Of a stretch of 64,000 nucleotides of DNA, positions 39,585-53,195 are shown piece by piece. A program made the position numbers and the translations under genes. How positions within the stretch are numbered: position 1 is the first letter of the stretch; every line of letters begins with the position of its first letter. Source of the stretch: Chiloscyllium plagiosum (lineage: Eukaryota); the NCBI RefSeq assembly GCF_004010195.1, contig NC_057719.1, positions 55,991,861 through 56,055,860 of the forward strand. Reading direction: 5' to 3'. The notes below the pieces were generated by a model, which ran no database searches, was not told the DNA's origin, and saw nothing but the letters and a program-made list of their open reading frames with translations.

Positions 39585-41789
39585 CTTGCAATCTTAAACT
39601 CTCATTCTACTTCCTGTCTTCTTTTCTCAGCCCTTCCCTTCTCTTCCAACTTAAACATGTTATAAATATCTAATGTAAAAATTTCATCCTGTGTAATTCA
39701 TCAAGGTGATTCTCAATTTTGACAACTTACTGCTCAGATGTAGCAACAATGACACAATCCAATGCCACAGCCCTTAAGTGCCTAGCCATGGTTGGGCTCC
39801 CCCACGATGAGCTTGACCTCACTCCTGCCATTGCCTCAGGCTGCCTGCTTCTGTTCTCGTCACCAGTCCCCTTGTGCTGCCTGCTCCTTCTGTCACCACC
39901 TTGAAAGAGTGCATTTCACTGGTTTCACCATGTTACATACCATTTTGTAGAAAAGACTATTAAAGTTAGATTTACATTTGACATTTAACTGATTCGCATC
40001 CCTTTGTGCCAATTAACATAAAAGTAAATAGCTATCCGCTATTACTTATCCCCTTCACCATTATGTTAGGAGATAACAATCTACATAGACAAAAAATAAT
40101 CAACATAATTATTTGAGTGCGCACTTTGATGTAGGCTACCTTTGTTTGGAGAGACATTTGCAAATGAAAGTAATACCAACTGAAAATATATATTGATATA
40201 CATAACATGAACCCTATCACAGACTTTGTCTTTTAACAGTTAGTGATTTAAGATGTTATATATTCTGTAAGAGGCTAATAATCATAATTCAGCATTTGAA
40301 CTGCTGCAGGTAGTTATTCAGTCTTTCACAGTTAATTCTGTGTGTAGCGCTGCATAATAGCAAACCCTTTCAAGGTAACACATTTTGTGCCAATTAGTAA
40401 TGTAACCTCTGGTAACCAATTTCCCGCTGCCCTTATTTATTTAATTGAGGTATATTTAGAAAGGAGCTACATGAAACAAATTTGTTTTTGTTACTGATGA
40501 ATCTTGCTTAAACCTCTAACTCCAGGCATAACTTTCTCAAGCATGTTAAAATCAAGACACATTATTGCTTCCTAGTGCCTGGTGTGCAATCCCTAAAATG
40601 CAATCCATTACAGCATCTGTGGGTTACCAGATGAAAAGCCACATCAACAATAAACGCAGCTACAAACTATTAAGTAGTCATAGCAGTAACATGGCGTGCC
40701 GTAAAAAGGAAAACTAAATGTCAGTACCGAGCACTGTAAAACTTGCCAAAAGGAGATTGAAAGGACAAATAATTTGGTAATTGAATATAGTTTAAGTTTA
40801 GTTCATCTGGAGATGAAGCAAGGGAACTCTCAATAAATGCAAGTAGGAAGAGATCACAAACTATTTGTAGAGGAGATTGCAAGTATAGACTGAAGCCAAG
40901 GAGAGCTAGAAGAATAGACAAGGGATCAAAACAAGACAAGAAAAAAATCAGCTGAAAATTCGTCCTGAAGTAGTGTAATTATATACATGCAAATTCACTA
41001 ATTCTATTCTACATACTCAGTGGAACTTCCAGGAAAAATTGCACACAAATCCAATTCCAGAACAGTTGTATTTATTAAAATTCTCATAAAGCGTTGGAGG
41101 AGAGAGACCTCAAAACACTGTGTTAAAAAGTTAATTACATACAGATTAGAAGCAGGAATAGGCCACTCAACTCCACATGACACCTCACCTATTCACCATG
41201 ATCATGGCTGTTCTGATTACTCCAACTATTCCTGAGAATCCATCATCCCATTGCTAATACATGCTGGTTACAACATCCAGAATGTGGTTAATAAAGTTCT
41301 GACCATAGCATTGAAAAGTAATTTTATCACCTTGTAGTCTTACAAGCCTAGCTAGATATAAGCTAGTTATAGTGTTATAAAATATTAACTTAATCTCAAT
41401 CATTAATTTTCCTTAGACTTCTTCCAAAAATAATTCTTTCCAATTATAAAAATTTTTTGAAAAGGAAGGGAAATATTTTCAAATAATTGATATCCCATCT
41501 ACCAGAAAGAGAACTAAATGTCCATGGATATGTACCATGGCAGAAATAAGATTCAGAACTGCATGCCTTCTGGAAAATGTCCTGAGTTATCGGGACAACT
41601 CTACCATGATGAGCAATTGACTTATTTCAGGATACAGTAGAAGCTCTGAAAAAAAATTCCACTGGCAGCATCTTTGATTCTAATGTAGCCAGTATATTCT
41701 CTAAAGGAAATTTTAATTAAAATATCCTTTTTAAATGGATCCAATTTACTAACAGCACATTACATGCCTTGGGTCATCCTCCATTCAGG

Positions 41790-42030
41790 TTAAGAAAGTC
41801 AGATTTTCTTCACATTTTCCAATTACACATCCCTTTCTTGTGAGTTTAATTTTGCCTGTTGTACATTGCCAATTTTAATCACTCTCCCCATTGATGGCCA
41901 TTCGTTCAGTTGTGTTCGCCCTAAGCTCTGAAACACCATCCTTACCCCTCTTACTTTCTCCACCTCACTTTCTTATTTTATGATACTCATTAAAACCTGG
42001 CTCTTTCACCAAATGTTTCACCATTTTTCA
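41790..42030 (+). mobile_element. L2 LINE 3' remnant
   Basis: 'gatggccattcgttcagttgt...cctaagctctgaaac...ctcattaaaacctggctcttt'. Confidence 0.6.
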
Positions 42031-42661
42031 ATCAGGATCAGGAACCCTGGGCTGATCCCTCCCAGAAATCAGCTAAGTATCATTCTCAAGAGTTTCTCTC
42101 CATGAAGCTTGTGTGTTTTGTCTTGCAATTGCCCTAAATTTGTCTCATTAACCAGGACCCACACCTCTAATGACACCCCTCTATTCCAATTCTCCCACTC
42201 ACCACAGGCAGAAGTACTCAAACTGCAGGATATCAAAGGCCTGGCCCCAGGCGTGCATCCGGTCAAATGATGGTACACCAGAGTTGCCATTTTGCATCAA
42301 AATAGTGGCACTGCAGCTTCTCACGTCACAGAGGCGGCATGGCTGACATTTCTTTATACATATAACTGCACAATTGGATACCAATTGCTGACTAAGCACC
42401 AGGCCACATAGCTTATCTGTCCATCTGTAATACCCACTGTGATGACCAGCTTCTCATTGCTCAACGTGGGACCATCACATGCAGGGAAGCCTTCAGTCAT
42501 CCCAAACATTCAGTTTTAATCATCAACACCAAAAGCGAACTGAAATCGAACAAACAATTTGCATTTATCTCTTGGAACAGAAACTAAGCATGTTCATGTT
42601 AAGCACCAACAATTGTACGGCCAATAAATGATTACTGCACCCAGCTCTCATTTACTACAAC

Positions 42662-43045
42662 TGGTGACCTAATAGAGGTTTATAAAATAATGATGGGCAT
42701 AGATAGGGTAAATAGACAAGGTCTTTTCCCTGGGGTGGGTGAGTCCAGAACAACAGGGCAAAGGTTTAGGGTGAGAGTGGAAAGATATAAAAGGGACCTA
42801 AGGAGCAACTTATTCATGCAGAGGGTGGTGTGCATAAAGAATGAGCTGCCAGAGGAAGTGTGGAAGCTTGTACTATTATAACATTTAAAAGGCATCTGGA
42901 TGGGTATATGAATAAGGAAGTGTTTCGTGGGGTATGGGCCAAATGCTGGTAATGGGACTAGACCAATTTAGGATATCTGGTCAGCATGGACAAATTGGAC
43001 CGAAGAGTCTGTTCCCATGCTGTACATCTCTGTAACTCAATAACT
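42662..43045 (+). mobile_element. HER1 3' fragment
   Basis: 'GDLIEVYKIMMGIDRVNRQ' and tail. Confidence 0.9.
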
Positions 43046-43099
43046 CTAATTCCTGTCTGGCTTGTTAACACCCTGTGCTGAAGCTAATGTTCATCCTGC

Positions 43100-44100
43100 T
43101 CAATGCTAAAGGTAATGTTCATTCTGCTCAATGGCCTGATCCTCCTGCTCTCCCAGATCATCAGCCTCCATCACTATTTCTTTTTGTCTGTTCCAGCAAA
43201 CTAGGATTATGCTGCACACCATGTCTGTAGTATACTGCAAGGTGCTCCTAGACTGATCCAGGGAAAAGAACCTCACCTTGTCTGCTCGACCATGGCCCTG
43301 GTCAAAGAATGGGCTACATCATACCTACCCTTGACCTCCGTCAGCGAAATGTGGAATGCAGTCATCAGCTGTGCTCAGCAGAGTAGCCCTTGTCTTCTAG
43401 AAACCATTCCCGTAAAGTATCTGGACCCTCAAAGCAGCATAAAAACAAGCATGTTCAAAGATGTAGCTATTATACCCTTTACCAGTGTACTGAGCACAAA
43501 TTCTAAGTGGTGCCAGTTATCAAAGATCACTTGCACATTGATGAATTTAGTTGTATTTATAAAACAGTCTTTACACTCGACCACTTCCTGGTCCTGGGGA
43601 AGACAGCAATGTTACTGTATCCCGCTGCAGGGCTGCAGCACTGACCTCGTCATGGGGAAGCAAGGTGAACTGCTGTGGCCTGGCACAAATGACATCGGTA
43701 GCACCCTTCATACATTCGAAGGAGGACAATTGAGAGATCCCACCCAGGTGCCTCTTTGGAAGGAGCCAGTCACGTCAATGTTCAACACAGCTGGCACTTT
43801 GGCAACCACCAGAATAGAATACCACCCACTCCTTGGGATCACCATCTCAGTCCAGCAGCTGGCATCATTTTGTGACAGTGTCCCAGGACATTCTCAGTCT
43901 GCAGTGATATCGTACCTTGTACCGCTGAGAAAATGACATCAAGGATGATAGAGTCTGGCTTTCCTCCACCTCCAGCACATTTGGAGGGAACCTTCAGCTG
44001 GCGCCTCTTCATGTGGAGGCTGCTCTTGGGTTCTGCTGGAGGTTGCTGCTGCTGCTGGGTTTTATGAAACATCAATTCCTTCTCTGTTTCTCTGGGCCGA
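43100..44100 (-). pseudogene. Decayed PIF/Harbinger transposase (HARBI1-family DDE)
   Basis: Frameshifted minus-strand blocks in the expected order: 'CRLRMSWDTVTK*CQLL', 'KVPAVLNIDVTGSFQ', 'IAVFPR', 'INVQVIFD', 'WFLEDKGY', 'RYDVAHSLTRAMVEQT', 'RFFSLDQSRSTLQY'. Confidence 0.85.
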
Positions 44101-44332
44101 CAACAACAGCAAGGCCAACCCCTGCTGTGGCGGATCTATCAGTCACAGTTACAATGAACCTGTGTGGGGAACATCAGAAACAGAACAGGTCCTTAGTAAT
44201 GTGAGCACTCAGCATTCACATCACTCACATTACAATAATGGCTTTGCCTTTTCTCCAAGACATGGAGTACCCTGATACAAAGGGCCATGGAATGCCTGCT
44301 CAAGGAGCTTTGACATTGGATCTAATTCCAAG

Positions 44333-44949
44333 TGTGACGAAGCTGTTCCTTTAACCTAGCTGCTCCTTGGTTTCATTTTCAGGGAGGTCGAAAAAAACAC
44401 ACTCCAAAAAGTCTAAGTTTAAGGGTTTTGGGTCTAGTTTGACTATAGCTAACAGATACTGCCTTGGACAACAGGCTTTTAAATTTTTGAAAAAAACCCT
44501 TGTATAATGAAAGGGGAGTAGCTCGGCCTCTCAGCTCAGCTTTTCTCTAGTTTGGTTTGGTGTTAGCACTGTAGTGTTGTAAAAGCTGCTGGACCCAAAG
44601 ATCTCCGAAGAAGTCCATGCTGATCTCTGACTTCTCTCCGGTAAGACCCTGGGTTTGATTTTTTCTTTTGTGCCAGGGGGTGTTTATGGGGATTATTGCA
44701 AGAATTGGAACAGTATCATTAAGTTGGGATAATCTGTTGGTTTTTTGGATAGGTTAAGTCATTCAGTATTCTGATCTGTTTTGTTTGTGTTTCACTCAGT
44801 TATCTTGTAAGTAAATTCTGTTTTGTTTAGAACTAACTGGTTTGACCAATGGCATCTCTCCTAGAATGTCCTGCTTAAAATAACTAGCAAAGTTAGGTTC
44901 TGAGCTACCTTCTTGAAATGTTTTGAGGAGGCCAGCTTTGTCCATAACA
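44333..44949. mobile_element. Solo LTR (Gypsy-like)
   Basis: TG...CA termini (tgtgacg / cataaca) with exact 4-bp TSD caag at 44329-44332 and 44950-44953. Confidence 0.85.
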
Positions 44950-45259
44950 CAAGGAGTGCGGCACTGGTCATATCAAGAAGAGAGAGTGGGAACTTATAAA
45001 TGCTGCAATCCTTCTCCTTCCAGTTCCACATCGCTCATGAAAGTCAACAGACCATATAAGACAGTCATGCACTATACTTGCCCCCTTGTTGCAGTTACCC
45101 CTTGACTGGTCTCCTGTCTTTCACAAGTGGAGTTTGTGTTATGGGACTGAATAAATCACTGACTCCACCCACTTCATCTGTGGTTGCAACCATTTCCCAT
45201 TTGTCGGTGAAAGACAACATAGATGATACTGGACATTGTGAATCTCAGGCTCAGCCCAG

Positions 45260-46010
45260 GTGAATCAATGCGCTGAGGACTGGCAGATGGAATTTAATTT
45301 AGATAAATGTGACATGTTGCATTTTGGGAACGCAAACCAGATTTTATACTATTACTAATAGAGTCCTGGGGAAGTGTTGCTCAACAAAGAGATCTAGGAA
45401 GTGTAGGTTCATAGTTCCTTGAAAGTGGAGTTGCAGGGTAATGAAAAAGGCATTTGGCACGCTTGCCTTTATTGGTCAGTGCACTGAGTAAAGGAGTTGG
45501 GATGTCATGCTGTGGCTATACAGAACATTGATGTGACCATTTTTAGAACATTGCTTTCAATTCTGGTCTCTTTGCTAGTGAAGAAATTTACAAATATGTT
45601 GCTGGGATTGGAGGGTTTGAGCTATAGGGAAAGGCTGATTAGGCTGGGACCATTTTCCCTGGAGCGTTGGAGGCTGAGGGTGACCATATAGAAGTCTATA
45701 AAATCATGAAGGGCATGGATAGGGTGAATAGCCAAGGTATTTTTCTCAGAGTAGGGGAATCCAAAACTAGAGGGCACAGGTTTAAAATGAGAGGGGAACA
45801 ATGTAAAAGGAAGCTGAGGGGAAACGTTTTCACACAGAAGGTGGTACTTGTTTGGAATGAACTTCCAGAGGAAATGGCAGAGGCAACTGCAACTTAAAAG
45901 GCATCTGGATGGGTACAAGAATAGAAAGGATCTAGAAGGATATGGGCTAAATGCTGGCAAATGAGATTAGGTCAGATGAGGATATTTGGTTGGTGCAGAT
46001 GAATTGGACT
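45260..46010 (+). mobile_element. HER1/CR1 fragment
   Basis: 'WQMEFNLDKC..LHFG', 'GDHIEVYKIMKGMDRV'. Confidence 0.85.
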
Positions 46011-47559
46011 ATTGAGACACAAATTCCACAAATGATTTTACTTGATCTGCAGGACTGACCGTGACTCACATACAGACTCCTGACCCTGTTCTCCCCAAGT
46101 GATTGACTGAAAGTGCCCAAGCCCCTTCTGGATTGTGAGTGGATGCTTCTCGAGCTGACTGTACTGGGAACCACTGACTGATGACAAGCCCCATTAACTT
46201 GATGGAAAACTGATTCCTTCACAATTTCAGTCATGGCAGTTTGGTGAAAGGGTTTGTGGTGTGTTTGTCAAAACGGCTGCTGATGCATGCTGTAGCTGTA
46301 AGGTCGACATTGCACTGTACTGTACAGCATTGTCTGTCTCGCCCCTGGACTGATGACTGCTAACAACCATGACAAGCTGCCTTGTTCTACATTTGCACTG
46401 AACAGCACAGCAAAACACGAGTGCTCAAAGTCTTCAAGGTCCAGCGAAGGGGGAATAGTGCAAAACGGCAAGGCAAAGCAAGAATTCTGTGAACATCCAG
46501 GCAGGCAATACTAAGAGAGGGAGCAGCCAGTTCTGAAATTTAGCCTAGTCCAACCTGTGCAGTGGGTTCCTGCTCCTGTGCACAACATGTCCTTGCAGCA
46601 GCATCACAATAATAGGTGAGAAAGGGTAGCACTAAACTACAGAAATATACTGTAACATGGTTCACACATGATGATGTGGAAAGGCTGATACTTACTGGAT
46701 CCCAATGTCCATGAACGTGGGATGTATGTGGTCAGTGCCCATGCAGTGTGCATTCAGATCCTGGTGACTGGTGTCCAGGTTGGAGTTTCAGAGTGACAAA
46801 CAGTGAGCTGCAGTCGTCAGCTGCTCTGACTGTCATGTCTGGAATTCTGAATGTCTAGTTTCTATCTGGTGAGTGGGAGAATGGAAGATTGCGTACTATT
46901 GAAAGGAAATTGAGCCAAAATGTGGGTGATAAGAAACAAAGATCCGTATTCATAGATCTCCCATTGCTCATAAGCTGGAATCTCATCTTGACAGCTAAGA
47001 CTTGGTTAGAAAATGCAACTTTTTGGCCTCAACTTCAAGAAAGTCTTCAATGGGCACACCTCTTGATTTTCCCAAAACTCTCACTGTACCCCACATTGTT
47101 TAGGGAATCAGAAGATACCACCTCCAATTTCCAATTCTGCTTGGACAAAAAAATAAACACATATATTCTAATCAGTTCTACCCTCAAATTTGCTGACCAG
47201 AAGCCTTCTGTTGTGAAGCAGCAGGAAATGCTCACAGCTAGCAGCAGGGAAGATCAGTGTGGAAACTGAAGTCCTTTAGTCAACAGGAGGTGCTGAAATG
47301 TCCTCGAAGCACTTTGAAAACTACTGAGAGAAGATGCGAGATGGAGGCAAGGTGAGTTGGATGGCAGGTGAGTGGGGGGGGCGGGGGTAGGGTGCTGGGG
47401 CAGAGGACATATTGTGCCAGGTGGGCAAATAATTAGGATGGTAAGTGGATACAGGGATAGGTTGTCAGGTCAGTGCATGAGTGTTTACATTAGATCAAAG
47501 GGTCAGGTCAAGGGTGAGGCATTTTGCATCTGGCAGGGTCAGGAAGTGGTTAGATTAGA

Positions 47560-49390
47560 TACAGTCATAGAGGTGTACAGCATGGAAACAGACCCTTCGG
47601 TCCATGCCGACCAGATAACCCAACCCAATCTAATCCCACCTGCCAGCACCTGGCCCATATCCCTCCAAACTCTTCCGATTCATATACCTATCCAGAAGCC
47701 TTTTAAATGTTGCAATTGTACCAGCCTCCACCACTTCCTCCGGCAGCTCATTCCATACACGTACCACCCTCTGTGTGACAAAGTTGCCCCTTAGATCTCT
47801 TTTATATCTTTCCCCTCTCACCCTAAACCTATGCCTTCAAGTTCTGGACTCCCCTACCCCAGGGAAAAGACTTTGTTCAGTTACCCTATCCATGCCTCTC
47901 ATGATTTTGTAAACTTCTATAAGGTCACCCCTCAGCCTCCAACACTCCAAGGAAAACAGTCCCATCCTATTCAACCTCCCCCTATAGCTCAAATGCTGCA
48001 ACCCTGGCAAAATCCTTGCAGATTTTTTTCTGAACCCTTTCAAGTTTTACAACATCCTTCCAATCGGAAGGAGACCAGAATTGCATGCAATATTCTAAAC
48101 GTGGCCTAACCAACGTCCTGTACAGCCGCAACACGACCTCCCAATTCCTGTACTCAGTACTCTGACTAATGAAGGAAAGCATACCAAATGCCTTCTTCAC
48201 TATCCTATTACCTATGACTCTACTTTCAAGCAGCTACGAACCTACACTCCAAGGTCTCTTTGTTCAGCAACATTCCCTATTTCCTTACCATTAAGTATAT
48301 AAGTCCTGCTAAGATTTACTTTCCAAAATGCAGCACATTACATTTATCTGAATTAAACTTCATCTGCTACTCCTCAGCCCGTTGGCTCATCTCATCAAGA
48401 TCCTGTTGTAATCTGAGGTAACCTTCTTCACTGTCCACTACACCTCCAATTTTGGTGTCACCTGCAAACTTACTATACCTCTTCTGCTCACATCCAAATC
48501 ATTTATATAAATGACGAAAAGTAGTGGACCCAGCACCGATCCTTGTGGCACTCCACTGGTCACAGAAATAGCCACAGAACACTCCTGAACTAACTACCTA
48601 TCCCTGACCTTTCCTGGAACTAACCCATCTATGTGACTGTATCTGCGACTTTTCTTCCTTACTATAACTGCCATCCATCACACCCCCTTGCTCTTGTAAA
48701 CTCCTCATTGGCTCTAACTGTCGCTCCAACCGTTCCATTCGATCTGACAGGATTCGCAAACAACGGCATTTATTGCAGACATAATCGTCAGTAACCCATA
48801 AACTCACCCTAAACTCCCACATCCAACAAGGTGAACATATCACTCTACTAAGGGCCATTTTTGCTTCTTCCAATCTGCAGATTCAGAAAATAGCACTGTC
48901 TTATTACTCTACAAAACACTGCTCCAGGCTAACTTAATACTAATGGCTTGTATTTTTAAGTTTAATCAAGAGACATATCTCAATAAAACATATAATCAAG
49001 AAAGAACCCACTCTATTCATACCACAGACCTACAGAAAGGCCCCAAGACCTCATTTAAAACTATTCACTTATCTGTTTCTGTGCTGTGACCTTTCCCAAA
49101 CAGGTTCCTCCAAGATCAGTTGTGAATTTCATTGTTTGTTAATTTTCCCAGATGCATTCCAATGTCCAGCGATACATGAATTCAAACAGCAAAGGCAGTA
49201 ATTGCGCAGATTCACTGCTGTGTCAGTTAGCATTATGGGTTTCTTTTCTCTCTCTCTCTCTCTCCTGCACTGACCTCACCATGTGCTTCCTTTGTCTGTC
49301 TCCTCTCCCTTTTAAAGGTGCCATTGTTTTGACTTCTTTTCTCTCCAAAGTTCCAAAACAACACAACAGCATATAAAACAGTAATTGCTG
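47560..49390 (-). mobile_element. CR1/HER1 element with 5' UTR and ORF1 N-terminus joined to RT C-half (large internal deletion)
   Basis: ORF1 Cys motif 'VICSPCWMWE...DDYVCNKC' (48598-48873) abuts 'VTSGVPQGSVLGP' at about 48565; intact 3' tail. Confidence 0.8.
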
Positions 49391-49594
49391 GGATGGAGTT
49401 GAGTCAGGGTGCTTTGGGTCACGAAGGAGAGGGTGTCAGGTTGGAGGCAGGTGCTGACCTGGAGAGGATTGCCAAGTCTAGTGAATTCAGATTGGGTTGA
49501 AGTGATAGGTTATGAAACAGATGTCAGGCTATCAAGATTGGGTCAGGTTTTAGGGTGGGACCAGGAGGCTGATGGAGATTGCTTGAGTCAATTA

Positions 49595-50470
49595 TAAAGG
49601 ATGTGATAACAGGACACTTAGAAAATACCAACAATAAAGTTCACATGGACTTATGAAAGGGAAATCATGTTGGACAAACCTGCTGGAGTTTTATGAACAT
49701 GAAGATGAGCAAAAACAAGAGGATACAGTAGATTTGGAATTTCAGAAAGCTTTTGACTAAGTCCCACAGAAAAGGCTATTCTGCAAAATCAAAGCACCTG
49801 GGATTGGTAGTAATATGCTGGCATGGATTGAGAACTAGTTAAAAGGTTGGAAAGAGAATAAGAATTAATGGGTCATTTCTGGAATGAAAGGTAATGACAA
49901 GTTGGGTACTTGGATCCAGCTATGCGCAATATATATCCATATTCTGGATGAGGGAATTGAGCAGATGACACAAAACAAACTGGGAGAGGGAATAGTGAGG
50001 AGAATGTAAAGAGACTTCAGGCCAACTTAGACAAGTTGAGTAAATGGGCAAATACATGGCAGGAGAAAGTGAGGACTGCAGATGCTGGAGATCAGAGCTG
50101 AAAATGTGTTGCTGGAAAAGCGCAGCAGGTCAGGCAGCATCCAAGGAACAGGAGAATCGATGTTTCGGGCATAAGCCCTTCTTCAGGAATGAGGAAAGTG
50201 TGTCCAGCAGGCTAAGATAAAATGTAGGGAGGAGGGACTTGGGGGAGGGGCGTTGGAATTGCGATAGGTGGAGGGAGGTCAAGGTGAGGATGATAGGCCG
50301 GAGTAGGGGTGGGGGCGGAGAGATCAGGAAGAAGATTGCAGGTTAGGAAGGCAGTGCTGAGTTCGAAGGATTTACAGTATAATGTGGATAAATGCGAAGT
50401 TCTCCATTTTGATATGGAAAACTATCTTACTTCAATAGTGATAGTGTTGGAAAGTGTTATAGACCTGAAG
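49595..50470 (+). mobile_element. CR1 RT fragment split by a PLE
   Basis: 'MKGKSCWTNLLEFYE', 'FQKAFD'; resumes 'cagtataatgtggataaatg' at about 50375. Confidence 0.8.
50062..50372 (-). mobile_element. PLE 3' end with hammerhead motif (50156-50190)
   Basis: Reverse complement: attc-CTGAAGA-a-gggc-ttat-gccc-GAAAC-ATC-gatt. Confidence 0.85.
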
Positions 50471-51104
50471 TGCAGAGAAAAAAAACGTTCCCTTCAACAA
50501 ATCTGTATCTTCATGGATATTCAGCCTATAATTTTGTACTGAAGCAATCTACTGTCCCTATTCCTTGCCTGAGGCCATTGAATCACATCGACACTGCATC
50601 AACCAGAAAGAAAATCAGAAGAGGTGCCTGTGGGCATCTACCTTAAGGGAGCTGGCCCTATTGTTTTATTTATTTAAATTAAATGGACTGAAAATTATGC
50701 AAGGTTTTGTTTGGGACACTGTCAACACCTTCTGATTTGCCTGCAGTATCTGCCCACAGGCATTCAATATCCTCAGACAAAATGAACAGGCAAGGATAGT
50801 CTAATGCCGCAGCTATATGCCACTAGCTATTATTTGTTTGCCAGTAGATGTCCCACGCCACTTCTGTGATTCCATGAAGTTACTCCATTTAAATCCCCAA
50901 ATTCTTTGGCTTCCTGTGTCTTATTAATTTATTATTCATGTCAAGGTCACAATGCTCATTCTCCTTCTTTCATGTCAAAACCTTGCATTTCCCAATTGTC
51001 AGTCTAAGCTTCTAATCGATTCAGAACTCTCTATATTTGATTTGCTGTTCCTTCCTTTTGTAGTTTGTGGCTTCACTTGTTTACATTGTCATACTTGGGG
51101 GTAG

Positions 51105-51244
51105 TGTGGTGCTGGAAAATTCCTGAAGAAGGGCTTATGCCGAAACGTCGATTCTCCTGCTCCTCGGATGCTGCCTGGCCCGCTGCGCTTTTCCAGCACC
51201 ACACTTTTCAACTCTGGTCTCCAGTATCTGCAGTCCTCACTTTC
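51105..51244 (+). mobile_element. PLE terminal-repeat mini-element with short inverted 5' arm
   Basis: 16-bp TSD tcat(a/c)cttgggggtag at 51089-51104 and 51245-51260. Confidence 0.88.
51119..51153 (+). ncRNA. Hammerhead ribozyme motif
   Basis: attc-CTGAAGA-ag-ggc-ttat-gcc-GAAAC-GTC-gatt. Confidence 0.75.
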
Positions 51245-51899
51245 TCATCCTTGGGGGTAGCTTAATTTCACACCCCAGTCCTATTTCTGGAACATTTACA
51301 AAATATAGAAACATTAATGTTCTAGCAGTGTCCCCTTACTCCTTTCACTCTGAAGTAACACCATGCAGAAACATTCTTTGCTCCTTCTGACTTAGCCAAT
51401 TTCAGATCCAGCTCAGGCGTTTTCTTTATTCATTCAGGAGATGTAGTTTGCTCTGGCCCGGTATTTATTGCCATCGCTAATGTGACTCGAGAACATTCTT
51501 ATGGTTATCTTGCTTCTCAGAAGAAACCAGAGGTGTTGTCTATGGCTGCATTAGCAACAAGAATAAGAGCTGCAGCTGCAGGAGCTAACACCAGTTATAA
51601 AATAGCACGCAGAGACACAATTACCAAAGACTCATGGAGGCTGCAATGTTCAGGGTCGCCCACACCACACTCTCCCCCCGCCCACTACCCCAACTTTAAA
51701 CAGAAGACCAACTGGGGAGTACTCAACCTGAGGAAGATGTCCCAGGTCTGTGACAGCTTGCCTGATGTCACTAGTCTAATTCTTTTCTCTCTCACACACT
51801 CTCTCTCGCTCGCTCTATCTCCACTGCCACGTAGTTTCCTGTTGTCTTAACCATCTTGCCTGTATGAGGTCCTCTGTGTGGCTGCCCCAATACCCACTC

Positions 51900-52460
51900 A
51901 TTGAAGGTCACATTACGTCTGTACAGGACACTGGTTTGGCCACTTTTGGAACATTGCCTGCAATTTTGGTCTCCCTCCTATAAGAAGGATGTTGTGAAAC
52001 TTGTAAGAGTTCAGAAAAGATTTACAAGAATGTTGCTAGGGTTGGAGGATTTGGGCTATAGGAAAAGGCTAATTATGCTGGGGCTGTTTTCCCTGGAACA
52101 TTGGAGGCTGAGGTGTGACCTTATAGGGGTTTGTAAAATCATTATTGGCACAGACAGGGTAAAAAGACAAGGTCTTTTCCCTGGGGTGGGTGAATCCAGA
52201 ACTAGAGGGTGTAGGTTTAAGGTGAGAGGGGGCAGATTTAAAAAGCAGCTAAGGGGTAACTTTTTCATGCAGAGGATGGAATGTATGGAATGAGCTACCA
52301 GAGGCAACTGGATGTGTAGATGAATATGAAGGGTTTAGAGGGATATGGGCCAAGTTCCGGCAAAAGGGACTAGGTTAATTTAGGATATCTGGTCAGTATG
52401 AATGAGTTGGACCAAAAGGTCTGTTTCAGGCTGTACATCTCTATGACTCCATGACTCTAA
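51900..52460 (+). mobile_element. HER1 3' fragment
   Basis: 'LYRTLVWPLLEHCLQFWSP' and tail ctctatgactccatgactct. Confidence 0.9.
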
Positions 52461-52539
52461 GTAATGGGACAAGTGTGGATCTGTGCACATCTGTAAGTTT
52501 CTCTGTACTGCCCAAAATGCTAGGTACATAGTTCACTGT

Positions 52540-53060
52540 TTTTTTTAATTAATGTGCGGGATGTGGATGTCACTGGCTACACCAATATTTATGGCCCAGA
52601 GGATAGTTAAGAGTCAACCATATTGTTGTGGACTCACATTTAGGCCAGACCAAGTAAGAATGGTACATTTCCTTCTCTAAAGGACATGCCTCAGGCGACT
52701 CTCTGTGTGGAGTTTGCACATTCTCCCCGTGTCTGCATGGATTTCCTCCCACAGTCCAAAGATGTGCAGGTTAGGTGAATTGGCCACGCTAAATGTAGGG
52801 GAATGGGTCTGGGTGGGTTGCGCTTCGGCGTGTCAGTGTGGACTGGTTGGGCTGAAGGGCCTGTTTCCACACTGTAGGTAATCTAATCTAATCTAATCTA
52901 AATGAACTTGATTATTGACAAATCTACAAGGGTTTCATGGACATCATTGGAAGCTTAATTCCATCATCTGCCATGGCAGTGTTTGGACCCAGGTCAACAA
53001 AACACTACCTGGGTCCCTGGATTAAGATTCTAGCAATAATACTACTCAGTCATCACCTCC
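52540..53060 (-). mobile_element. tRNA-SINE (family-2 partner) interrupted by a 5'-truncated HE1 (52688-52900, + strand)
   Basis: Matches 23200-23585; HE1 V-domain and (ctaat)n inside. Confidence 0.75.
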
Positions 53061-53078
53061 CCTTGAGGAGAGGAAGTG

Positions 53079-53195
53079 TACACAGACATTGACACGCACA
53101 CACACAGACACACACGCACACAAACAGACGCGCGCACACACGCAAACGCACACGCGCACATACACGCTCTCACTCTCTCTGTCTCTCTCTCTCTG
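53079..53195. repeat. Compound (CA)n/(CT)n microsatellite
   Basis: Directly visible. Confidence 0.9.

Noticed and set aside
43292..43936. Longest ORF (214 aa, + strand) as a host gene
   Set aside because: No recognisable domain; it lies antisense to the Harbinger transposase fossil.
51482..51850. 122-aa ORF
   Set aside because: No recognisable motif, low-complexity end, non-ATG start.
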